A stretch of 63,708 bases of DNA, the filler included, from Jimgerdemannia flammicorona (lineage: Eukaryota), in assembly GCA_003990765.1 (NCBI GenBank). It is 2 parts of 2 records of this genome, joined end to end, with 100 filler letters (N's around TTAATTAATTAA, not from the genome) between each part and the next. Parts side by side here need not be neighbours in the genome. Positions count along the whole stretch, not along the records: positions 31,912 to 63,708 come from RBNJ01000379.1; 1 more part is not named here. One strand, given 5' to 3'. The translations under genes were made by a program, and so were the position numbers. Below, piece by piece: positions 49,442 through 60,600 of the stretch. The notes under the pieces were generated by a model. It saw only the letters and a list, made by a program, of their open reading frames with translations. It was not told the DNA's origin and did no database searches. Position 1 is the stretch's first letter; the number at the start of each line of letters is the position of its first letter.

Positions 49442-52400
49442 TCAGGGGACCCCTCCCCACCTTTTCATGTGTAAAGACCACCCTCTCACCAACAACTCCA
49501 ACTCTTCCACCACTCTGACCACAGATTTTCACCACCAAGCAGTACCTCTGACCCCCCTGCAGCCCCCAACCAAGCCACCAGCCTGTCAAGGTATCCTCCA
49601 TAAGGCACTACCACCATGATAACTGGCTCCCCAAGCTCTGTCACCTCTCCTCCTCAAATACAAATAGCCAGTGACTGGCCAGCCCAACCCAAATAGTCAA
49701 TGCCTAGCCGAGAGTAATCCACTCCTCCCCTACCCCTCCTATCAATCAATCCCTCAGGTCTTCCCACCTCCCCCATACATCATCACCCCTACGCCTTACC
49801 CCCAAGCGGTTCCCAATAGTCTGCCAAAAATCGCCCAACACCTCACACTCCCCAAGCCAATGTTCTGGCATCTGTACAAATCCCCCTTCCTGCCCTACAT
49901 TATGGCACTCCTTGCAGTCAAAGCAGCCCCCTACAATGAGGTGTCCCGAGCAGAAGTTAAGCATCACATTCCTCCTCAGCACATACCACCAGACTACCCA
50001 GTACTTTGGTGGCATCCAATTTTTCACTGTGGCACTCCAGGTCCAAACCTCCGGCCAGTCCCACTCCTCACCAATTCCAACTCCTTGCTAACCACTAGGC
50101 CACAGATCCTGGCCTGGTCCCCTTTGGCATTTAATTCCATCACCAATGTTGAACTTCAGTAAAGGCATGCCTCCCAGAAGAATACTGTCCCATCTCCACA
50201 TTGCCGGGCCCCAAGCCCTCTCCCCCTCATCCCCTTGCCAGCAAATATCAATGTGGTGTGCCCCCTTGGCTATCCCCCACCAGAAGCCTTTATATCGCAG
50301 TTGCCCAGTGTTCTGAAGCCCAACTAATGAAAGAAGATCACCAGTCAAGCCTCTTGGTGATGTCCACCTCTCTCATACCTTCTGCAGCAAGGGAACCCAG
50401 CCCCCTCCAAACAACTCCACCGCCCTCCTAAGCCACCATGCCCTCAAGTAGTGTAGTCTTTTGGGGAAGTCCACCAGCCCAAGACCACCTCTCGCCACCA
50501 GTAGGGACAGTGTTTCCCAACAAATCTGACTCCGTCTGCCAGCCCAAATCCATCCCTTGGCCACCTTCACCAATCGCTTCACCACCCAGGCTGGGAAGTC
50601 CAGATGATAAGCCAAATACCACAGTTTTGGCAGCCAGTATACATTCAAAATCGAGATCCTTCCTTCCAGAGAGAAGTGTCTTCCCCCCCAACCCTGCAGG
50701 ACCTCCTCCAAAATTCCAATCCTCTGCTCCCACCACAGCCTAGGCAGAACAGACCCATAGACCGACAAATATATACCCAAGTACTGCACTGCCTCTCCAG
50801 TGGGGACAATTGTTCCAATAACCTCTCCGCCCACCAGTCTGTTGCCCAGCACCATCGTTTCACACTTGTGCCAATTCAGCTTCACCCCAGAGTTCTCCTC
50901 ATACCACTCCACTGTCTTCTTGAGCTCCTCAACATCCACAGTTACTCCCAAACCAACCACCATGTCATCAGCAAAGGCTCCAACTTTCCAGCCAATTCCA
51001 TAGATAGAAAGCCCCACAATCCTCTGCTGAATTCGGTCCATTAGAGGCTCCAAGGAAAGTGCATACAAAATGGGGGACAGTGGGTCCCCCTGGGGCACTC
51101 CCCTACCTAGAGGGAATGCTACCCCTCTATGCCCATTATACACAAGCGCAGCCCTACTCCTTTCCAGTAGGCTGACCATCGCCACCCGAAATGGGACCAG
51201 AACCCCAATCCTATCCAACACTTTTGCCAGCCAGACTCGCTGCACCCAGTCATAAGCCTTCTCCTGGTCCAAGAAGACAAGATGCCCATCCAGTCCACAG
51301 GCTCGAGCACCTTCAATAACTCCATATACCCAGGCCATGCTATCTCGAATAAGCTGACCCCCTATGAAGCCCCTCTGCTCAACACCCACAATTTGCTGGG
51401 CCACCTTCTGCAGCCTTGCGACCACCACCTTAGTCACCAACTTTCTGTCCATATCTAGCAACATTATCGGCCACCAGTTCTTCCAATCCTCTCACCTTCC
51501 CTTGTTCTTATAAAGCAGTATCACCAGCCCAAGATCCTGCTCCCCCACCCATCTCCCTGACTGCAATATGGAGTCACACAGTGCCGTCAACTCTCCCAAT
51601 ATGCCCAGGACTCCAACCATTCACTTCCAGAAGTCCCAGGGGAGGCCATCCTCCCCAGGTGCCATACCCAAGGCTGTCGTGGCAAGAACCTGGTGGATCT
51701 CATCCTCCTTTACAGGCATCACCAGGTCACCTAATCCCTCAGCTCATGGAGGGTGCCAATCTTCTAATGTTTGGTCAATGTCTGTAGCATCCACCCCACC
51801 CTCCTCCTTACTCCACAATCTACTCCATCATGCCTTCAGCATTCCAAGGATATCCTGTATACCATGCACTAGTCTACTATCTGAGTCAAGTACCCCTTCC
51901 CACTGCTGCTGTACCCTTCTCACTCAAAGTGTCCTCATAAGAAACTTGGAAGGCCTCTCCCCTTCCTCTAGCCCCTGCCAATGAAGCCATGCCACCAGGC
52001 CTTGCACCCTTGACTCTTCCTCTTCCCTCAGCACCTGTTGTAGTTCCCCAACCTCCATCTTCACCCTTGTTATTCTCCAATCCTCTTCTCCCTCCACTAT
52101 TGCTAGACTCGCCCACTCCTCCAGAAGCCTAGCCAATCTAGTAGAAGCCCAATGCACTCTCTGCCTTCACTGCCTCCCAGCCACTCTGCCAGCCTCGCTC
52201 CAATACATCCTGGCCATCTCTTTCATCCTCCTCCACCGAACCCCAATTGTAGCCCCTTCCTGCCACCAATTCACCACCTTCATCTGAATGTCCTTTACCC
52301 ACTCCTCCCACTGGGACTCATCATCCAATAAGGAGGAATTCAGGTGCCAATGTCCAGGCCCATCACCACTTCCCCCAAAACACCCCTGTCTCAAAAGGCC

Positions 52401-53084
52401 CCAGTGGTCTGACCATGGACACTAGTCTACCTCTAGCACCTTCCAAACATCGCGGCTCCAATAGTCTGCCATCAGAATCCAGTCAACCCTTGTCCCCAGA
52501 CCTCCAGCCCAATGCGTATATACCCTCCAATCCCCCCAGTACTTCCTATCAGCATCTACCATCACTCCTAGCCTTTCGACCTCCTCCCACATCACCAGCC
52601 CCCCACTCCTGCTCTCAGCACCCCATCCTCCATCAGTTCTATCCAGCCGTACATCCCGAACCATATTTAAATCTCCTCCAAGTATATCCAACCCAGCTTC
52701 AGCAAGGATCCCACTCTCCAGAAGACCTTTCACCCAATCCACATGCTCCCCCCACACAGCAGGGCAGTAACAGGAGCCAACTGTAACTGGCTCCCAATCT
52801 GCACAAATCCACTCACCCCAGACCAGTCTCTCCCCCCAGCTCCTCACATCCTATATCTCTCCTCTGCCTTTCCGAACCAGAATCCCGACCTTGCTGTTCC
52901 AAATCGCTATGCCACCCCATTCCTTAGTCCATTCCATCCTATTAGAATCATCCTCGCACCTGACATCCTGCAAGAGGAAGAGATCAGCCTCCAATCCCTT
53001 CAACCAAATAAAAATGTTCCTGCATCTAACTACACCCCTAAGCCCATTCACGTTCAAAGAAAAAATGTTGGTTGTACTATTCAT
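49442..53084 (-). pseudogene. LINE Y ORF2 (EN-RT-Cys/His motif)
   Basis: NVNGL, GGDLN, RVDW; DQEKAYD, QGDPLSP, FADD, YLG; CFDCKEC...PEHWLGEC. Confidence 0.93.
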
Positions 53085-53114
53085 AATGAAATATAGTTTG
53101 TTTGCAATCAATTC

Positions 53115-55145
53115 CTACTGCTCCATGTCCATCTCCTCCTGTGCCATGTCCAGATTATGTTCAGCCATCACCTCCTCCTCTTCAGCCCTCTGAGCCTCCA
53201 GTCCAGCCAACAGTTCATTCATCTCCTCATCAGCCTTCTCCTCAAACTCCTCTCTGTACTCGATGCAAGCCTCCTGCCAAAGCTGCAACCCATGATGCCT
53301 GTTCCAACAGTACTCAGCCTTCTCCCCAGTGACAACTGCCAACTCTACCTCCCTCTCCTTGTCCACCTCATACCCTTCCTCCTCCAGATACACCATGAGA
53401 ATTTCCACCTTCAGTGCCATTGCCACTCCTTCCCCCTGCAAAATTCTTGCTCAGTACTCATCACCCATCCCACACAAGTCCACCTCTCCCAGCTCTTCTG
53501 CTGCCAGGTTGTTCATCATCTGGCACATCCAAAGCAGGTTCCCCACCTTCTTCCCACTAGGGGTCACCGGCCTCCCTCCGTCCAGCATCGTGGTGTCAGC
53601 TCCAGCACTCACATCCTCATCCCACACCTCCGGGACATCCACCAGTTCCTCCTCTCCGGCCGCCACTACCTGGTCCCCATCGATTACCTCTGGAACACTG
53701 AATTTTACCTGCTGGGTCCCCAGCATCATCATGTCCTCCCCAGATTTGTTCCTGGAAGCCGGGCCATGCCTGATAAGAGGAGAAGGGGAGGGGGAGTTCT
53801 CCCAGACCTCCTCCCAAACCTCCAAGGTGTCATCCACATATGGGTTGCTAATCGTCACCTCTTTCGCCTTCCCTGTCTTTACCCCATCCTTCCCACTCCT
53901 CTCACCAGCCCAGACACTCACTCCAGCCCCTTCTGCACCCATCTTCATGCTCGCATCCTTCTGTGGTCTACCCCCCAGTTTAGCCAGCAGATCCTTCTGC
54001 CTCTTCCGCCCCTGAGCCCTTTCCCACTGCACCCTGTCCACTCGAATCCTCCTTCCATCCACTACCTCCAGGTGTGTTGACTCCTCAAAAGTCTTCCAGA
54101 CCTTGGCATGCTATTCCACAGCTCCATCCAGCTCCTCCAGCACTTCTAGTAAATTCTCCTCCTCTTCTTCACTTCCTTTCACCTGCATCACCTTGCACAG
54201 GAATGCACCCCAAACCATTGCCGAAGGCCAGTCCCTCATCTTCCCAGTAGCCTCTTTTCCGGCCAGCTGAATTCTCACATCTACGTCCCCAGTCCTGAGT
54301 GTGGTCCCTTCTCAGACCCTGAATCTGATATCCACCACCTCACTGTACTCCGCCATGATATCCTCCACTCTCTTCCTTGCCTCCATCACCGTTACTGTGG
54401 GGACTCCTTTCACCAGCAGTTGGACCACCCTCAGATCCCATTTCAAATACCTCGCCATTGGAACACGCACCTCCCCAACCACCAACCCAACCCTCAGTGC
54501 CTCCTCCAGCAGTTCGACCTTCTCAAAACCCACCTCCACCCCCTCCAGTCTCTTCAGGAACTTTACCGAAGCCGCTCCAGCCACCTGCTTAGCGATAAGC
54601 CCCAATACCATTTTTGCCGTCACTGTTAAGCTCCGGAAACACAGCGTGACTGCAAATGCCGAGATCGACTTCTTGAGTAACAGAGCCACTGCCAGTCCCG
54701 TTACACCATCCGCCAGGTCCCCGGGCCTCATGCCCTTCTCACCACTCAGCTCACCATCAGCAGTCCTATCTAGATTTTTTTCCAGATCACCCGTCACACC
54801 CCCATCAGCAGTCTCCGCCCCAGCTGCTACCCTCCCAGCTCCACCCCTATGGCCCTCCAGAGAGGTACCCCCAAGAGGTTGCTGCCTGGTAGCCTTCACT
54901 GGTACCTTCCCCCCTCACAGCCAGCTCTCTAGTCCAGCCCCTTGCTGACCCCCCTTCACCTTCTCTGCAAAGCTCACCCTGCCAGACCCTTGACCTCCAG
55001 CTCTGCCCCCTCCTCCACTGTGGCCTCCTGCCAGCAGGCCCCTCATACTTCCCCCCAAGCCAGGGCCTCTCCCCACTTGCTGCCATTCAAATGCTCCAGG
55101 GCCACCCTGCCCAGTACGCACCTCTGGATGCTCGTTGGTTGCCAT
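53115..55145 (-). pseudogene. LINE Y ORF1
   Basis: Fragments 54915-55145 (MATNEHPE), 54312-54899, 53451-54062, 53115-53441. Confidence 0.87.
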
Positions 55146-55613
55146 AATACTAGTAGCTTTTCTCCAGAAACTGTATCAAAAGTGTTGCCAAAGATTGTGT
55201 AACCTGAATGTTACCAGAGAAAGATGAATATTTCATGTGTGAGGGAAGTGGACTATTACTTAGGGACTTAGTACACAATGTGTACCAAGAAGCCTTCAGT
55301 TTGAGAAAGTGCTTGCTTATAAGTAGTTATAGCAGCAGTGCCTTCTGTTTTAAAAGTCTTTCTCTTTTGCCGTATTTCAAGGGTCTTGTTCTTTGCTGTA
55401 CACAGACTGAATTCACCTTGGAATTCAGGTTCAATGGGTTTACTTAAGTTTTTGGGGATTTATATACCAGTCTCAGTTCTGGCAGAAGTTAGCTAGGCTT
55501 CTGGAGTTTAGTCAGAAATACTAGAGTCACTTAGATGTCATTACTAAGACTCAGGGGAATGTGTGTGTGTGTGGGGGACTTGATTCTTGTATCAAGGACT
55601 GTACTAAAACTGC

Positions 55614-55646
55614 TTTATTTTGGATGGAAACTGGGGGGTATTTATA
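55614..55646 (-). promoter_or_regulatory. Candidate TATA box (TATAAATA, 55639-55646) and AATAAA (55614-55619) in LTR-B
   Basis: Motif pair present at the same position in the other B LTRs (TATA mutated in the middle LTR). Confidence 0.5.
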
Positions 55647-55895
55647 CAAGTTGGTCCGCGATTTCTGACTAAGTATGAGTAACTAATTTGGTAACTATAA
55701 TGAGGTTTGTGATTGCAACCTTTGTCAGGTAGTTTTTGGCAAAAAATAACTTTGTGATCAGGACCTCAATTACTAGGCAATGATCAGCAGCTGTGGCAAC
55801 TGTTGCTGTGGTGCCGATTGTTGGGGATAAGCTGGATATCGTTTTCCGCGTCGTTTCGCATCGTTCGTAATATCGTATGCCGCGCTTCGTTCGTA

Positions 55896-55909
55896 TGATG
55901 ACGTCATCA
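55896..55909. promoter_or_regulatory. CRE/ATF-like palindrome TGATGACGTCATCA in LTR-B U3
   Basis: Perfect 14-bp palindrome; also intact near 33283. Confidence 0.45.
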
Positions 55910-55978
55910 CTCGCCGGGTCATGTGATCGCTCGTCTCGTCGCGTCCCATCTGTTCGCTTGCTCGTTCGTTCTATTACA

Positions 55979-57122
55979 CTTGTGCGGGATCTGCACAACT
56001 TGCCATAAGTAGCAAATCTATAGTTAGCTACATAGCAACCAGATAGCAACCATAATATATAAAATACTCTAGAGATAAGAGTGAATAAACCTTAGTCCAA
56101 ATTGAAGTACAAACTAAAGAAGCTTCTAAAGATTGAGCATTGGTCCCCTTATTCTCACTCTGGTCCACTTTCTAATACAAAGATTGATTGGTTTGCTTGC
56201 CAGATAAGTCTGAAGATTTACTACTAAAGTTCAAGAAAGAACTTTACTACTTTTTGAAGAGAAATCTGCTGTTTAAGAAATAAGTCACTATATTTGAGTT
56301 TACTTGCCAGATAAGTCTGAAGATTTGCCACTCAAGTTTGAGTAAAGAACTTTGTCACCTTTTGAGTAATCCACTGCTTAAGGAATAAGCTACCATTTCT
56401 GAGTTATCCACATTCCCAGAGAGCCCACTTAAGGAACCTTACTACAAGCCAGTCTCTTGATGTAACTTTGTAGTAGAGTCAGTCTCTTGATGTAACTTTA
56501 CAGTAGAGTCAGTCTATGATGTAACCCCATACAAATAAAGCCAGTCTTTGACATAACTTGCCAAGAATCTACTACCAGTTATTATTCTCAGAAGAACTCT
56601 GTCAATTTAGGAAGAATTCAAGTCATCTAAGTTATTAGTTTGTTCCTAGTGAGTCTAATTCAGAGAATCTGCTACCAGTATTATTCTCAGTAAGCTGATT
56701 CAGAAGAATCTGCACCACCCTCTATTTCTAGTAAACCCACACCTAAATCAAGTTATCCAGAAATTGTATACTTTTGGAGATCATTGTACTATATAAGAGA
56801 TCAATACTTAAAAATCACATACTTTTGGAGATTGTCATACTACATAGAGATTATTACACTATATAGATATTATCATAGAAAATTGCATAAAGAGAACTAC
56901 TAAATTGCCAGACTGTGCTATATCCAAATTGCTGCTACATTTAGAGAACTGTCCTAATTAGGAAATCAATATATAAATTGCTCACAGATATCTAGCTTTG
57001 ACTATTATACTACTAAATACCAAGAATATTTTGTTACTTTTAACAAAGTAACTAAGAGCTCAAGCCAAACTATATCAACATCCAATCTTGTAATTTTTCT
57101 CCATTAAGCCAGACATATTACA
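55979..57122 (+). repeat. 5' LTR of Gypsy-A2 (first ~190 bp missing)
   Basis: Homologous to ~6185-7220; ends ATTACA; small internal duplications. Confidence 0.85.
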
Positions 57123-57124
57123 TT

Positions 57125-57140
57125 TGGGGGCTTAACTGGA
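57125..57140 (+). promoter_or_regulatory. Primer-binding site of A2, tRNA-Pro-like
   Basis: TGGGGGCTTAACTGGA, 2 nt after the LTR; resembles the tRNA-Pro PBS TGGGGGCTCGTCCGGG. Confidence 0.65.
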
Positions 57141-57691
57141 AAAATTTCAAAATTAATATAACTTTTCAGCTCATAAGAACCTACAGTCAAACTGGATATA
57201 TTTGATACAACATCAATCTCTGCCACTACAGAAGAACCAGTCATCACCAATATTTAGACAGAAAGAGAAGTAATAACTTCAAAACTTGCTAACTATATAG
57301 TATCAGAAGGATCTCAACCAGAACCAGAAGCCAGTACAGCCCAAAATCTCTAATCAGATCAACCAGACAACACAGGTGGTCCTGTTAGAGACTTTGGAGA
57401 ACTTGTCCAAGAACTAAAAGATCTTATTACACAATTCAAAATTATGCAGCCAGATACCCTACAGTAGTTCCACCAATCTCACCCATAGAATCTTTACCAC
57501 CAGCCCTTGCAGAACTGGAAGCAGCTCCTTCAAGAATACCCAGACTCATTCTACTTCAACCAAGATCTACAACACCCTCCTCAAGATACTCAATTACTTC
57601 CACTCCCAGCAATAGTTTGAAAAGTGAATCAGAGTTAGAATCTGAATCAGAATCTGGACCAGAACCAGAATCAGAAGAAAGTGATAATAAA

Positions 57692-60600
57692 ATGACCACT
57701 TTATTGCCAACCTTTGCAGGATATCTAGAGGAAGACCCTAGGGAATTTCTTAATGGAATTGAAGGAATCACAGCTCTGAGAAATCTCTCAGATGAAAGAA
57801 AAATTGCCATCTACAAAACCCAGCTTAGAGAACTAGCCAGAGGAATTTTCCACCAAACAGCAAATGATCTAAATTCAGAACTTATAGTAGAAATATAAGC
57901 AGCAGCATTTTTTCAGCTAGAATACATAGCTATGATTCACTGGCTCATTGAAAAGTATGCAGGAAATGAAACCTGCTATAAGGCTCAAGAATCCATCATA
58001 GAGATAAAGATGAATCTTAGAGAATTGTCCAGAGCCTTCTTCACAAGAATCTAGAAGAGAATACATACTGTTAGATTCAATGTTACTAACTAAGACATCA
58101 TAGGTCCAATGACCTTTATGAATGGAATTATCCTGAACATTGCTCAGTATGTCTGCATTCTAGGTATCAGAAGGTCTGAAGAGCAAGTAGATACAGCCCA
58201 AGGATTCTTTGATATCAGACAAGAAACTACCTAGAGTGATCATGATAAGAAGGATGATAAAGAAGACATCCTGGTTAAAGCCCTATAAGAACTCTCCCAA
58301 GGATAAGAAAGATCTGAAGAAAGAAGACCAGTCAAAGAAGAAAAGAAGGACAGGAGTGAAATTCAAGACCTTAGCTCTAAGTTGGACCAATTGGTTGGAC
58401 AAATTGAAAAACTCACTATATATGAAAATCAGAGTTATCAAGACAACAGAGAATACCCACCCCAGAGGAGCCAAGGTTATTTACCAAGAGATAGCAGAAG
58501 CTACCAGTAAGAAGAAAGAAGATACTCTATCCAAGACAGAGCCCAAGTCCAATGCTTTCACTGTGGACAATTTGGATACTATGCCACTGAATGTGTCAAT
58601 AAAAGAAGTGACTAAAGGAACTCAGAACAACCAAATCGAAGAAATGATACTCAGTACAAAAAGACGAAGCCCATCCTGTTGAAGACTTTGAAGAAGTAAG
58701 CAACAGTGAAGATTACAGTAATCTAGACCTATATCCTACTAAGGTTACTACCCAGAAAACAGTTTACCCAGCAGAAAAAAGGAAGAGATCTGTAGGAAGG
58801 CCATTCAGGAATATCAGCAGAAGAATTATTCAAGAAGAAGATGAAGAATATGAGGAAGAGCAGATAGAAACACTCCCCCAGACCTCCTCACCTTTTATTC
58901 TCAAAACAAATGAGCTGTTACCAGAAGATAAAGAAATGGAATAAAAAGAATAGGAGCCTGCTGCCCCAAAGCCTAAGAAGAAGTACACCCTGAAGACCAT
59001 GTCTAGGGACATTTATAATGAAGCCTGGCAGAAGATTCAAGAAGCCAAGATAGAGGTTCCCCTTCTGCAGTTCCTATAACTGATACCAGCTAGAGTCCAA
59101 AACAAATTACTAAGAACTACCAGGTCTAGCACTGGTTGAGTTCCAATTCCACAACAAGAGCCAGCTCCCATTCCTATCCAAGCTGTAGAAAGACATGTCA
59201 GCACTTATCTACATAGAGATATTGAAGGACAAAAGACAAAAATCCTCATAGATACAGGAGCAGCTATCTGTATAATTGTCAAATAGTTCTTGGATACCCT
59301 CCAATGGCTCATTGATGGACCATCCAACCTCAGTGTCATAGTAGCAGATGGAGCCTGAACTCAACCCCTTGGAGAAGTATGAAACATCACTATCTTTCTT
59401 GGACACATTTAGTTCTCTATCCCAAAAGCTATTATTACTAAAGCTATCACCTATAATATGATCCTTATCACTAACTAGATGAAGAAAATGAATGCAGTTG
59501 TTGATATCAGTCAATAAGTACTTAAGTTTAACTACTGAGACAAAAAGTACAGAGTCAAGGTGACTAGCTATTAGCAATCAAAGAAGAAGAAGAAGGTTAC
59601 TATTTAGGAAGAATATGCCAGTATGAAGAATCTACTATAGAAAAGAAAGAAGAATCCAAAGATAGAAATGATCTCAGACTCAATCTCCAAATTAACCTAG
59701 TAGATGATAGACCAGAAGACAATGTATAGGCCAAAAACACTATCTCTATTACCATCAGGCCATTGCAGGAGAAATCAAAGGATGCCCTACCTGCCTCAAG
59801 AAACACAAGTGCCCCAAGCACTCCTCCAAGATCATTGGGACAAGGAATTCACCTGGCACAGCCTGCCCAGCATGCAGAAAGAAGAAGAAGAAATGCAGAC
59901 ATGTTCCAGAAATACCTGCAGCTGAAGCTGCAGAAGTACAAGCAATTTGGGGCCAAGAATTATCTGAGGAAGAAGAAGCTTCTGACCAAGAAGTTCCTGA
60001 ACAAGAAGTACCTAAAGAAAGAGAAGTTCCCAAACTCATTCCCTGGGATTACTCTCACTAAACACTACCTGAAGATAATGACCCTTGGAATATGGAAAAA
60101 GGATCCAACACAATCCCCATTATTTTCAAAAAAAAAAAAACTCACCAAGAAAGGGCCTTTAGGCTAGGAAGATGTCTACATCAAATAGTCTTCCACTCTC
60201 CTCAAGACTATTACTATCAGTGCCATTTACTAGACCAGCAAGAGAGACAGAGACCCCAAAGACCAGAACTCCCAACTATAGTTGCACAGTCAACTACCTT
60301 CCAAGAAGTTACTACTAGGTTGTAAAGCTAATTTAGAGGATAAGACCTTTTCACCCAAACAGAAGTATACCCCTTATCCACTCTTTCTCCAACTTATGAC
60401 CAAGATGAGTACTGATTCCCAAGACAATAAGAGATCAATAACTGGGAACAGCATTTTCAAGCAATGGGATATTGCAATCATAGAAGATACTCAGACTGCT
60501 GAGACTACAGATATTAGAAGATTCACCTCAGTTATGATGTTGCAATCCACACCTTGAAGAGAGGAGATAACAGAGGCCAGATCTGAAAAAGCCAGACCAA

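Larger units (their letters stand above)
49352..55241 (-). mobile_element. Full-length L1/Tx1-like LINE family Y with 16-bp TSD
   Basis: TSD AGGGAAGTGGACTATT at 49336-49351 and 55242-55257; poly(A) tail; ORF1 and ORF2; more CpGs retained than in neighbours. Confidence 0.96.
32578..55978 (-). mobile_element. Tandem Gypsy-B2/B3: LTR-internal-LTR-internal-LTR
   Basis: Three LTRs (32578-33364, 40936-41714, 49291-55978 interrupted) and two colinear ~7.57-kb internal regions, each with PBS and PPT. Confidence 0.95.
49291..55978 (-). repeat. 5' LTR of Gypsy-B3, in two parts (49291-49351, 55242-55978) split by LINE Y
   Basis: TGTAATAAC at 49291, CTATTACA ending 55978. Confidence 0.93.

Noticed and set aside
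53157..54948. Long plus-strand ORFs (307, 228, 215 aa) and similar antisense ORFs over other LINE/Gypsy copies
   Set aside because: Shadow frames opposite compositionally skewed TE genes
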